Positions 8,483-18,355 of a stretch of DNA of 31,593 bases are shown here, in pieces (the first letter of the stretch is position 1; each line of letters begins with the position of its first letter). The notes beneath the pieces are model-generated. The model did no database searches. It worked only from the letters and a program-made list of their open reading frames with translations, and was not told the DNA's origin. The position numbers and the translations under genes were made by a program. The DNA lies in assembly GCA_013375475.1 (NCBI GenBank), contig JABXKD010000042.1, forward strand, positions 1-31,593, given 5' to 3'. Origin of the DNA: Promethearchaeota archaeon. GTDB taxonomy: Archaea; Asgardarchaeota; Lokiarchaeia; Sigyniarchaeales; SOKP01.

Positions 8483-8890
8483 TTACAGTTTTGTACCACA
8501 ATTATAACAATACACAGCATTTCTATCTTTTTTCGTGCCACAATATTGACAAAAGTTAGCTTTTGGAACTTCAGGTTCAACATCTTCTATGTAAATTTGT
8601 CGAACTGGCGCGTTTTTCGTAGGTTGAACGATGTATGGATTTGATCTGGGAATTTCTTGAGAACTATATGAATATTGGTTGCTTGAATTCAGTGAACAAC
8701 AAGTTGAGCGCCTTGAGGCAGCTGACGCAGCTCCTGCTATACCAATAATGACAATAATAAATATCATTGGGAAAAACGGTATAAAACTAAATATTCTAAA
8801 TGGTCCCCATCCAAAGAGAAAGAACGCTCCAAAACTTAGAAAAATCATTAATCCTATTATAGAACCTATTGATGAATTATTACGCGGCAT
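8483..8890 (-). CDS. Membrane protein with C-terminal zinc ribbon
   Basis: Two N-terminal TM segments; FCQYCG...YCYNCGTKL. Confidence 0.8.
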   Translation of the reverse strand: MPRNNSSIGSIIGLMIFLSFGAFFLFGWGPFRIFSFIPFFPMIFIIVIIGIAGAASAASRRSTCCSLNSSNQYSYSSQEIPRSNPYIVQPTKNAPVRQIYIEDVEPEVPKANFCQYCGTKKDRNAVYCYNCGTKL

Positions 8891-9086
8891 TTTTTTTATC
8901 TATATTTTCGTATATTTTTTTATATTTGATCAAGTACTATTACATTAAGTGGATATTTAAATGTTTCGTATATAGAAGAAGAATTGTCAGAAAAATCAGG
9001 AAACTATCTTTTTCAAGAATATATATTATAATATTAAACTATAGTTAAATTAAATTTTATGTAAAAAATACTCCAAAAATTATCTT

Positions 9087-10871
9087 TTATATTTTGAACT
9101 GCCCATTTATTAATTCGTGATATATATCATTATCTAAGAAAATGTACCTTCTGTCCTGTTGATTCCATAGAAATATAATATCAGAGATTATTTCTATATC
9201 ATACGCTTCGCGACGCAAATTGGTTTTCTTTATTTTATACGGTCCAGTGATTTCAAGTTCATCTTCACAAATTCGAATAAACACTGGAATAGAATAGGAT
9301 GGAAGAACATCTAGAATAAATTGAGAAAAATCAACGATCTCGAACTTTAAAGATGGTTTTAAGTTAATTGCAGCCATCCCCGCTCTCCCTTCTGTATTTG
9401 GGATAGAAACACCGTAAACAGCTGACATATAGATTGATGGATAAGAATTTAGAATGGATTCTATTTCGAGAGTTGATAGGTTTTCACCTTTCCATCGGTA
9501 AGTGTCGCCAAATCGATCTGCAAATGATACCCATAAGTCATCATGAAGCATTAACATATCATTAGTATTAAAATAAGTATCATTTTTTACAAAAACATCC
9601 TGAATAAACTTGTCTTCTGTTTTTTCTTGATCTTTATACCCTTTGAAAAAGGTTCCCTTATCAATTTTAAGCAAAACCATTCCGATATCGCCTGGTTTGC
9701 ATTTGACACAATAACCTTTTTCATTTCTATAAAAATTACCTGTTTCCGGATTAACCTTCACTAAAACTAATCCAGCTTGAGTTAATCTCCCTATCATTCC
9801 GGGAATTTCCTCGAGATTAACAAGGGATCGATGACCCTCAGTCAATCCATAAAATTCGTATAAGTGTTCAATCTGAAAACGAGATTTAAATTTTTCCCAT
9901 ATCTCCTTTCGAAGTCCTAATCCTAACATCTTTTTGAGTGTATGATTTTTTTCATATTCAGAGGGTGGCTGATTGAGAAGATATCGAGGTATTTCACCAA
10001 CATAGATGCTATAAGTTGCTTGAAATTTATGAATGTCTCTCCAGTATTCAGAGGCAGAAAAACGTTTTCTAATCGCAATAGCAGCACCAGTTCGAAAAAT
10101 AGCTGGCCAAGCAACTCCTATCGCTAAATTATGGTAAAGAGGGGTTGGGATATATACAATATCATTAATATCTACTTCTGTAAAGGCTATTCCTAAGAAG
10201 TTACCTTGTGTAAATAATTTAAAATTTTCCATTACACAAGCTTTAGGAAGACCCGTTGTGCCTGACGTGTAAATATAGAATGCAGTTTGACGTAAAATTG
10301 AATTATTAGTAATATCAGGATTATTTCTTGATAAATTCTTAGTTATAGTTTGTAAGTCGTTAAAATCATGAGATTTTTTTTTGAGGTTATTGACAACATA
10401 TATATTTTCTATTGGATAATCTAAATCCTCAACAATTTCTGAGAAGTAAGGTAAACTATCACCATCTACAATTATCCACCTTGGTTCCACCAATTGAAAA
10501 GAATGAATTAATGCTTGTTTCCTCAGATTAAAATTTATTAACGCACTAATTCCTTGTAATTTATTAATAGCAGTCGTATAAAAGAGGTATTCAGGTGAAT
10601 TTTCAAGCATCAAGGCAACAGTATTACCTGGTTCTAATCCTGAATTTAAAAAATGGTTTGCGATCAAATTACTCTCTTCATTAAATTCATTCCAAGTCCA
10701 TGAAGAATCTTGATATAATAACGCATTTTTGGAGGGGATATTTTTTGCTAGTTCTTCAATTGAAGTGCCGATACTCTGATATGGGTTTGTTAGAGCTTTT
10801 TGCATTTCTTTTCCAAATCGACCATAGAATTCAGCTTCTTTGGGAGTATAAGTGGGCATGATTAAAGTCAT
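9087..10871 (-). CDS. Long/very-long-chain acyl-CoA synthetase, FATP (SLC27/FadD6)-like
   Basis: YIYTSGTTGLPK AMP-binding motif, YVGEIPRYLL, EFYGLTEG, DRFGDTYRWKGENLST FATP signature, EGRAGMAA. Confidence 0.9.
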   Translation of the reverse strand: MTLIMPTYTPKEAEFYGRFGKEMQKALTNPYQSIGTSIEELAKNIPSKNALLYQDSSWTWNEFNEESNLIANHFLNSGLEPGNTVALMLENSPEYLFYTTAINKLQGISALINFNLRKQALIHSFQLVEPRWIIVDGDSLPYFSEIVEDLDYPIENIYVVNNLKKKSHDFNDLQTITKNLSRNNPDITNNSILRQTAFYIYTSGTTGLPKACVMENFKLFTQGNFLGIAFTEVDINDIVYIPTPLYHNLAIGVAWPAIFRTGAAIAIRKRFSASEYWRDIHKFQATYSIYVGEIPRYLLNQPPSEYEKNHTLKKMLGLGLRKEIWEKFKSRFQIEHLYEFYGLTEGHRSLVNLEEIPGMIGRLTQAGLVLVKVNPETGNFYRNEKGYCVKCKPGDIGMVLLKIDKGTFFKGYKDQEKTEDKFIQDVFVKNDTYFNTNDMLMLHDDLWVSFADRFGDTYRWKGENLSTLEIESILNSYPSIYMSAVYGVSIPNTEGRAGMAAINLKPSLKFEIVDFSQFILDVLPSYSIPVFIRICEDELEITGPYKIKKTNLRREAYDIEIISDIIFLWNQQDRRYIFLDNDIYHELINGQFKI

Positions 10872-11104
10872 TCTAAATTCAATATAATTGCAATAAAGTA
10901 TTTAATTCCAAAATTATATTTATCTTTTATTTATTTTAATAAAAAATAATCAACAATATATCTACCTAAAATATTCACAATTCATCCTAATATCGCTCTA
11001 GATTCTTTTTTAATGATTCATAAGGGTAATTATTATATAGCTAAGCTTCAAAGATGATAATATATAATTTTAATTAATAAAAAATTAAAAATTAAGGTGA
11101 TAAT

Positions 11105-11485
11105 ATGGCAATAGTTGATCTTATTCTGTTTCCTCATTTCGTTGTAATGCTTATCGCAATCATTCTTTTTTCGGTTTCAATTTCAATGGTTGCCTTGCAT
11201 AAACCTAAAAACTGGCTCTTACTACATAAGTTTTTTGCTTCTCTAGGATTACTAACAGGTATTATAGCTCTTATTTTATTAGGGGGTTTAGTTTTAGAGA
11301 TATTACACGGGATTTTGGGATTAGTTTCTATAATTTCCTTTACCGCCATAATAGTTATTGGCTTGGTAGCTATATATAAGAAAGACAAAAATGTTAGAAA
11401 AATCCATATTTGGTTAAGTCGGATAATCTACATTCTATCATTGTTTTTAATTGTTTTAGGGATTGTGACATTTTTGTTTTTCTAA
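11105..11485 (+). CDS. Small 4-TM cytochrome b561-like membrane protein
   Basis: One His near the start of each of four helices (PHF, LHK, LHG, IHIW); AGGTGA SD. Confidence 0.6.
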   Translation: MAIVDLILFPHFVVMLIAIILFSVSISMVALHKPKNWLLLHKFFASLGLLTGIIALILLGGLVLEILHGILGLVSIISFTAIIVIGLVAIYKKDKNVRKIHIWLSRIIYILSLFLIVLGIVTFLFF

Positions 11486-11685
11486 TTTTATTTCCTTTAA
11501 GGCAAATATATATTTTTGAATATTCATTATTAAAAAATAATAAATATAACCTAAATCTTATAAACTAAATTACTTATAAGCTTAAGATTTAATAGTCTTA
11601 TTGATTAATATATTCTTATATAATTATTTTGGTTTAGAGTTTAGCTGGAAAATATGTTCCAATTAACTTTTTAGAGGTGTTTTTT

Positions 11686-12438
11686 ATGGAAAACAAACAC
11701 GACACAGTAGGTGAAGAGAAAGAAATTGAAGCGAAAGAAGAGAAAGAAATTGAATCGAAGGATAAACCTATATATGTTAAGGTCGATGAATCAACTCGCA
11801 GTATTATTGATAAATACAAGAACTTAGGAACAACAATATCAAATCTTGTAAAAGATGCAGTTGAAATGTATGATGAATATAATTCAATGTCACCTGATGT
11901 TAAGGCTATTATTAATACTTATAAGGAACAAGATGAAAAGTTAATCACCTTCTTAGAGCGCGCAGTTCAGTATTACGGTCAACAAAAGAACCTAGATCGC
12001 GATTTATGGGTAAGAACTCGAGATGAGATGAAAATGATGCTTATTGGGAAGACAACATTCAACCAATTAATAGCAGCAGCAGAGGCTCCGGAAGACGCTT
12101 TAGAAAAACCCTTTAAGAGAAATGTGGCTTACGATTTAATACTCTGGTATACAGGTAAACCTCTCAAAAACCTCACTGTTGAGGATTTAATCAATACTAT
12201 AGCGAAAATATGGGTTGTTGCGAATTATTTCTATCAAATAGATGTTCATCACGAGGGGGATGAGTATAATTTGTTGTTCAAGCACAGACAAAACAAAAGA
12301 TATTCTCGCTATTGGTTAGGATATTTTACTGAAGTGTTTTTATCAGAAGATTTAAGCTTTAAATGCATTCCAGAAGGCCAAGTTTTTGAGGAAACGCTCT
12401 CTATGACTATAAAAGTTGACCCTAAAGAAGAAAAGTAA
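11686..12438 (+). CDS. Hypothetical protein, probable ribbon-helix-helix regulator with C-terminal ligand-binding-like domain
   Basis: IYVKVDESTRSIIDKYK..TTISNLVKDAVEMY fits the RHH pattern; GAGGTG SD precedes ATG 11686. Confidence 0.55.
   Translation: MENKHDTVGEEKEIEAKEEKEIESKDKPIYVKVDESTRSIIDKYKNLGTTISNLVKDAVEMYDEYNSMSPDVKAIINTYKEQDEKLITFLERAVQYYGQQKNLDRDLWVRTRDEMKMMLIGKTTFNQLIAAAEAPEDALEKPFKRNVAYDLILWYTGKPLKNLTVEDLINTIAKIWVVANYFYQIDVHHEGDEYNLLFKHRQNKRYSRYWLGYFTEVFLSEDLSFKCIPEGQVFEETLSMTIKVDPKEEK
11713..11760 (+). repeat. 24-bp direct duplication (EEKEIEAK/EEKEIESK)
   Basis: GAAGAGAAAGAAATTGAAGCGAAA then GAAGAGAAAGAAATTGAATCGAAG, 22/24 identical. Confidence 0.8.
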
Positions 12439-12477
12439 TAGGCTGCTTTAACGATTGAGTTTTTATTTCATCTACTT

Positions 12478-13617
12478 TCATTCATTTACTACTTCCCAAA
12501 TGGCTTTAAAAATCGGCTCTGTTCGAGGATCGTCTCCTTTCATATGCATTTTATTCATCGCATATCCTATGCTTAGTTTTTTCTTAATATCCATAACGCA
12601 TAAAGACCCACCTGCGCCGCCCCATCCAAAACTTTTAGGTCCAAGGAAAAATCTGTCATCTAAAAGACCGAATCCTAAACTAAATTTTTGAGGAGAATAT
12701 AGCATTATTCTATCGCGACCACTGATTTGAGGTTCAATAGCTCTTTCTACTGTAGACTTGGATATTATCTTCTTGTTATCAAACATGCCACTACATGCTA
12801 GTATTGATCCTACTTTCGCAATGGATCTCGCGTTTCCATGTCCGTTCGCCGCTGGAATTTCTGCAGAGCGCCAAGCTCGGCCGTTAATGTTAAGATTTTC
12901 TAGACTTGGATTATAGAAAACTTTCGCGGTTTTTCTAAAAAACATTTTCACTAAAATTACCTGCCATTTAAAAAAAATTTCTTCAGGGGTTATAATCTCT
13001 GCTACTCTGGGATCGTAACTTTCTGGTAGCCCTATATGGAAATCAATATCTAGTGGATTAGCAATATTCTCTCGGAAGAAATTTCCCAAAGATTTACCAG
13101 TAACTCTTCGTACCAATTCTCCTAAAAGATAACCGAAGGTTATCATATGATATCCAATTTTTGTTCCTGGCTTCCACCAAGGTTTTTGCGAGGCTAATAG
13201 ATTAATAATACGATCCCAATCATATAACGCTTCAATAGGTATTTTTTCATCGAATCCCGGTAATCCCGCACTGTGACTTAGTAAATGTTTGACAAGTACG
13301 TTCTCTTTAGTTGCTTGGGCAAACTCCGGCCAATATTTAGATACTGGGTCTTCCACATTTATTAAGCCTTTATCAACCAACATATGTATACACAATGCTG
13401 CTATTACTTTTGTCGTTGAGAATACATTAACTATTGTGTCTTTTTCCCATGGTTTTGTTTTAGCTGAGTCGGAGAACCCACCCCAAATATCTACGACTAA
13501 TTCACCGTTTAAGGAAACCGCAAAAGAAGCTCCAACCTCTAAACCTAAATCGAAATTTTTCTCAAAAGCGCGTTTTGCTGAGAGAAAGCGTTCATCACAA
13601 TAACCCTCAATTTCCAT
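12478..13617 (-). CDS. Serine hydrolase, beta-lactamase/family VIII esterase fold
   Basis: FSTTK (SxxK), LLSHSAGL, PWWKPG...GYH, FGWGGAGGS. Confidence 0.9.
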   Translation of the reverse strand: MEIEGYCDERFLSAKRAFEKNFDLGLEVGASFAVSLNGELVVDIWGGFSDSAKTKPWEKDTIVNVFSTTKVIAALCIHMLVDKGLINVEDPVSKYWPEFAQATKENVLVKHLLSHSAGLPGFDEKIPIEALYDWDRIINLLASQKPWWKPGTKIGYHMITFGYLLGELVRRVTGKSLGNFFRENIANPLDIDFHIGLPESYDPRVAEIITPEEIFFKWQVILVKMFFRKTAKVFYNPSLENLNINGRAWRSAEIPAANGHGNARSIAKVGSILACSGMFDNKKIISKSTVERAIEPQISGRDRIMLYSPQKFSLGFGLLDDRFFLGPKSFGWGGAGGSLCVMDIKKKLSIGYAMNKMHMKGDDPRTEPIFKAIWEVVNE

Positions 13618-13954
13618 AATTCTTACCCTCGTAACATTTATTTTTATTTTTAAATAAAATTTAATTAGTGGTAAATATCCTTTAAAGTTAACTTAAGCTG
13701 ATATTGCATTTTTTTATGAAACGCTAAAGTTTTAAATCTAATAAAATTTAAGTCTTGTTTTTGCATCCCTTAGTTTTGCATACATACCCATTCTCCCTGC
13801 TATAAAACTAGTCATCTCATTTCCTTTAACCGTAATCTTTTGCTATCTAATAAGCCATTTTGTTCTCAAAAAGATACATTTGAACAAACACACAAGACAT
13901 CCTCAGGATAGCTAAAATATATGAAAAAGAAAAAAAAGTTGATTATGTTTATTT

Positions 13955-14323
13955 TTATCTTGCTGAATCGTCTTCTTGCATGATACCTAACGTATTTCCT
14001 TCAGTATCTTTAAACATATAGAAGTATCCTACAGTGGGAACCGTAATTTTTGGTGATACTAGAGTTCCGCCACTCTTTTCAATTTTTTTGCTAATTTCAT
14101 CTACGGAAGAAACCCCTATATAATTAAAAATCTGATCTTCAGGTTTCTCCCGCTTTTGAAGCCCCCCACCTATTCCTTCTTCAACTTCCTCTCCAGCATC
14201 TATTGTCCAATATTCCATAGGACCTTCCCAATGTTCAATTTTCCATTTAAAAACATCTTCATAAAACTTTTTTGCTCTTAATGGATCGTCTGCATTAATT
14301 TCAAAATGAACGACTTTAGGCAT
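13955..14323 (-). CDS. VOC/glyoxalase family protein
   Basis: MPKVVHFEINADD..RAKKFY..VF.W, GIGGG, FKDTEGN; ATG 14323 preferred. Confidence 0.9.
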   Translation of the reverse strand: MPKVVHFEINADDPLRAKKFYEDVFKWKIEHWEGPMEYWTIDAGEEVEEGIGGGLQKREKPEDQIFNYIGVSSVDEISKKIEKSGGTLVSPKITVPTVGYFYMFKDTEGNTLGIMQEDDSAR

Positions 14324-14470
14324 AAATTCCACTTTTTTTTTAAAAATAAAATTTAGTTGTAGGAATATTAATTTGTAACAATTTAAAAAATGTCATACCT
14401 TCAGTTTTTGAAGAAATTATTTAGTGTTTTAATATTTTAAATATCTAATTTACAGAGAAAAATAACTATT

Positions 14471-14875
14471 ATGTTAGATATAATCTTAATCCAACACGTG
14501 GATACTGGACTAAATATATTGGAATATAGACAAGAACACACCATCATGAAGACAGAGCATTCTGATATTTTCAGTGGATTTATGACGGCAATTCAGAACA
14601 TAACAGAAGAATTAAATATTGGATTTGTAGTTTTAATAGCCACTGAAGGAATTAAGGGACATAATTGCATTATAATTCCGAAATATCCTATAAATGTTAT
14701 ATTACTAGTAGATCAGGATGATCCCATTGAATTGTGGAAGCAGCAAGGGAAAGAAATCGCAGAGAAATTTCTTTCAAACTATGGTAGTTCCTTTAATCCA
14801 AATAATGTTCACCTATATAAACCTTTCAAGGTGGTTATAAAAGAAATGTGCGCAACGCACGAGTATTGTGATTAA
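14471..14875 (+). CDS. Longin/roadblock-like domain protein (Asgard eukaryotic signature protein)
   Basis: IILIQ...TGLNIL, DIFSGFMTAIQNITEEL helix, three beta strands, EIAEKFLSNY; pattern of Asgard longin-like proteins. Confidence 0.65.
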   Translation: MLDIILIQHVDTGLNILEYRQEHTIMKTEHSDIFSGFMTAIQNITEELNIGFVVLIATEGIKGHNCIIIPKYPINVILLVDQDDPIELWKQQGKEIAEKFLSNYGSSFNPNNVHLYKPFKVVIKEMCATHEYCD

Positions 14876-14898
14876 TAAAATAAAAAAAAAAGAATCTT

Positions 14899-15879
14899 CT
14901 AGGGTAGAAAATCGTCAAATGCCCAATAATGACTTTCTTCATCTTGAATAATATCTTCAAAAAGTTTTCTCGTTTTTATATCTCCAAGTCGAGTTGCTTC
15001 CGCAATAATTTTTCTGTATAAAACAATAGCGTAGTTTTCCGCTTCTCTATCAAGTTTTATAAACTCATCAACCGAATTTCCGATTTCAGGTAATGGATCA
15101 ACTGTAGCTATAGATTCTCTATCAATTTCATAGATTCGGTCTGAGATTTTTTCCATGTGCTCCATTTCTTGAAGGAAAGTTTCTTTAAGAATTCCTGACA
15201 CAACACTTGCCTTATTTTTTCCAGTAACAACTTCTAAAGCATTCTTCTTACGTCTCATTCTTTCTAATCCTTCAGCTTTTTCGTGTTGGTTGGTATATTG
15301 GACAACTGCTGATATTTCACTAGCGAGAGCCTTATTGAGCAGTGTAACATATTCTTCACCAAAAATGGACCTCCATTCAGAATCAGGAGTTCCTCCTAAA
15401 TCAGGCTCACTTTCCATCTCTACATAATCCTGAAATTTCAAAAAATGTTTTTCTTCATCGCTATAAATCTTGGTAAACAATACCCATGTTTCTAGGTCTC
15501 CAATATCTTTAGCAGCTTCAATTATTATGCGATACAATTCCAAAGCTTCCTCTTCTGCCTTTACATCCAATTCTGCAAACTCTCTCAGTGAATTTCCGAT
15601 GATAACTCTGTCAGGTTTCGTAGTCGCTTCTCCGCCCAACAAGTATATTCTTGCCATTATTTGAGCAAGATGTTTCATTTCCTCTTTCGCTAAATCTTTT
15701 AAGATCTCTCCAAACTCATCGTAGGTCGTATCTTCCAGTAAATAGTTCTCTTTGATCACTTTTCTCCTAAGTTTCTCCATTTTAGTGTGTTGAAGCATGT
15801 ATTGTGCCGATACTTGAATCTCACGAGCAGCAGCACTGTTCAATAACGCTAAATACTCATTAGTAGCTTTTACAATCAT
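14899..15879 (-). CDS. Tandem two-domain bacterioferritin/ferritin-like protein
   Basis: Two homologous halves: LLNSAAAREIQ..QY..QH/EEMKH/AEEEA..LY/DEEKH and LLNKALASEIS..QY..QH/QEMEH/AENYA..LY/DEESH. Confidence 0.85.
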   Translation of the reverse strand: MIVKATNEYLALLNSAAAREIQVSAQYMLQHTKMEKLRRKVIKENYLLEDTTYDEFGEILKDLAKEEMKHLAQIMARIYLLGGEATTKPDRVIIGNSLREFAELDVKAEEEALELYRIIIEAAKDIGDLETWVLFTKIYSDEEKHFLKFQDYVEMESEPDLGGTPDSEWRSIFGEEYVTLLNKALASEISAVVQYTNQHEKAEGLERMRRKKNALEVVTGKNKASVVSGILKETFLQEMEHMEKISDRIYEIDRESIATVDPLPEIGNSVDEFIKLDREAENYAIVLYRKIIAEATRLGDIKTRKLFEDIIQDEESHYWAFDDFLP

Positions 15880-16019
15880 TTTAGATTCCTCTTTATAAAA
15901 TTTACAATAAATGATGTTAGGATACTATTAAAAAGTTTATTATAACAATTTATAGTACTTCTGCTAAAATTTCTATCCTAACAGTAAACTCTTTTATTAA
16001 TTTTATTTTAATTAAAAGT

Positions 16020-17087
16020 ATGAACTACTTTACTAGAAATGATTTATTAGCTATTAAGGACGATATTGGTAAAATTGTTGAACTAAAGCTTAACGAGGAA
16101 AGTTCTGCGATAGTCTCTGAGTATGGAGGGCGTCCACTTGGATTATTTCCTAGGAATGAGAGTTACAGCTTGTTATGGATAAATCCAGAAATAAAAGATG
16201 TAATTAAAACAAGACAAAGAGACATAGGTGGAGATCGATATTGGATTAGCCCTGAAAGAGAATTTTTTTACGAAAAGCCTCAAACATGGGAAGGATGGTT
16301 TTGTCCTCACGGTCTGGATCCTGCTTACTACGAGATTTTAGCAGAATCCTCAAAATCATGCACACTTTCAAGTCCAATAACAGTAGAATCAAAAATTAAA
16401 AATGAAATTTATAATGGAGAAGTAACTCGTCAAATTTCTCTAATAAAAGAACCTATTTCAACAGGTTTGAGTTATTGTGGTGTTGAATTCGTAGATGATT
16501 GCGTATTTTTCCAACCATCTTTGCAGATTAATGGTTGGTCTTTGGCTTGCGTAATCAGCGGTGGTTCCTCAAATCCTGGAACAGCTTTAGTTCCCACGAT
16601 TTCTAATCCAAAACCTTTATCATATTTTCGAACTCTCCCACAAGATCGATTGCACATGGGAAATAATTTTGTTGCTTTTAAAATTGATGTTGATGATATT
16701 TACAAGCTCGCTATACGACCGGAAGATATAGATTTCTCAAGAAAGGCAAAAATTGGCTATGTACTTAAAATTCCTGATTCAGAGGAATATGGATTTCTGG
16801 TCAAATTATCAGATGATGTTCCTAAATCGCAAAAAGAATGCTTTGATGTTCCCAGAGATCATCCCGAGGAGGAAATTGGCGTAGTCCAATCTTATAACTC
16901 AGAATCCTTAAATAAATCCTTGATGATGTTTGGGGAAATTGAAATCCAACTAAATCAGTTTGAAACTATTGATAACACATCTCATGGTAAAGCAAAACAC
17001 CAAATCCTGGGATATATTGGTTCAAAAGAAGAAATTCTAGATGTTATTGATAAATATTTGGGTATCACGAATCCAGATTTATTTTAA
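16020..17087 (+). CDS. Hypothetical protein, galactose-mutarotase-like beta-sandwich (DUF6786-like)
   Basis: YGGRPLGL, LLWINP, IGGDRYWISPE motifs; family recalled, not searched. Confidence 0.5.
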   Translation: MNYFTRNDLLAIKDDIGKIVELKLNEESSAIVSEYGGRPLGLFPRNESYSLLWINPEIKDVIKTRQRDIGGDRYWISPEREFFYEKPQTWEGWFCPHGLDPAYYEILAESSKSCTLSSPITVESKIKNEIYNGEVTRQISLIKEPISTGLSYCGVEFVDDCVFFQPSLQINGWSLACVISGGSSNPGTALVPTISNPKPLSYFRTLPQDRLHMGNNFVAFKIDVDDIYKLAIRPEDIDFSRKAKIGYVLKIPDSEEYGFLVKLSDDVPKSQKECFDVPRDHPEEEIGVVQSYNSESLNKSLMMFGEIEIQLNQFETIDNTSHGKAKHQILGYIGSKEEILDVIDKYLGITNPDLF

Positions 17088-17175
17088 ACAAGTTAAATCA
17101 GCCGATTATCTTCAGTTAATCTTTTTAAATCGAACAACTTATATAGTAATCAATAAAGAATGGATTGTAAGTTAA

Positions 17176-18114
17176 ATGTCTACTGAAAAAAAATCAAGAT
17201 ATCGGAACTTAATTCTTTTATATGTTCTTTATATTGTATTTTGGTTTATTTTAAGCGCGATAATGAGTGTTATTATCTTCCCAGAAGGAACACCTAACGC
17301 GGTGATTCAATTCATCCCTGTTGACGATGTCTTATCTATACTCGTTATTGTATTTCTCGTACTCATCCCAATTTCTGGTATTATAGGAGCTTTACTGGGG
17401 GGATATGTTTTATCCCCTATAATTATGATTTTGCATAAGTTCTTCTATGGATCAAAAAAATTTTATGGTATCCAATACGAGTCAAGAGAACAAAAAGTAA
17501 GTTTATTAAAATCGGGATTTTACCCTGTACTCTTGGCTGTGAATCTGTCTTTTATATTTTTAACTCCTGAAATCATTTCATCTATTTTGGAAGCAGACGT
17601 GATAATTGAATTAACTATTTCATTAAGAATTCCCGTTTTTATTCGAATTCTAAGTCAAACAATACTTCTCATATTTACTTTTGGTGCATCTACTGTGTTA
17701 TTTTCCCCCGTTTGGCTATTGAAGGATTCTGGAATCGTATTTACAACTAAAGAAAAAGTTGAAAACTCTAACGAAACACTTCTAATAAAATCGATAGGCG
17801 AGTGGTTTCAAACACTTCTGAAAGGGTATGCGGGAATTGGTGTAATTTTTACATACATCTTCGTTATTTACGATTTCATAATTCTCTTTATTGCAAACCT
17901 TGGGTTTCCTGGAAATATGTTAAACATCCCAAGTCTCTTCTTATGGCTTGGTTTACCTTTTTATTTGGTTTTTTCAATGATTCCCGCTATAATCGTGCAC
18001 GATGCACTTAGAAAGACGCGATTAAGTTATGTGAGAAAAATAGCAAATAGAATTGGAATCCGAGACGCAGCTTTTGTTTCTTTTGAATTGAAAAAGCAAG
18101 ACGAAAGATCTTAA
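17176..18114 (+). CDS. Hypothetical multi-pass membrane protein
   Basis: 312-aa ORF, about 6 hydrophobic helices. Confidence 0.75.
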   Translation: MSTEKKSRYRNLILLYVLYIVFWFILSAIMSVIIFPEGTPNAVIQFIPVDDVLSILVIVFLVLIPISGIIGALLGGYVLSPIIMILHKFFYGSKKFYGIQYESREQKVSLLKSGFYPVLLAVNLSFIFLTPEIISSILEADVIIELTISLRIPVFIRILSQTILLIFTFGASTVLFSPVWLLKDSGIVFTTKEKVENSNETLLIKSIGEWFQTLLKGYAGIGVIFTYIFVIYDFIILFIANLGFPGNMLNIPSLFLWLGLPFYLVFSMIPAIIVHDALRKTRLSYVRKIANRIGIRDAAFVSFELKKQDERS

Positions 18115-18355
18115 AATTTGATTAAACATAAACTTAATTTCATTTCTATTATCTCTAAAGGCTATTACGGAGAATCTTTAATGAATATAAATCCTTTTTT
18201 ACCAAACTCTTATTTTAAATAAATTAAATATACCTTACTTATAATTTCTAAGGCTAAGTAATTTTAAGCATCTAGTAATATTTTATTTAGATTTTGTATT
18301 CTTTCTTTTTTGACTTTTGGATTGGAACATTTATTAAACCTTTTAATTGAATAAT

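Noticed and set aside
12478-13617. Antibiotic-resistance beta-lactamase
   Set aside because: Motifs fit family VIII esterase-type serine hydrolases; no evidence for resistance
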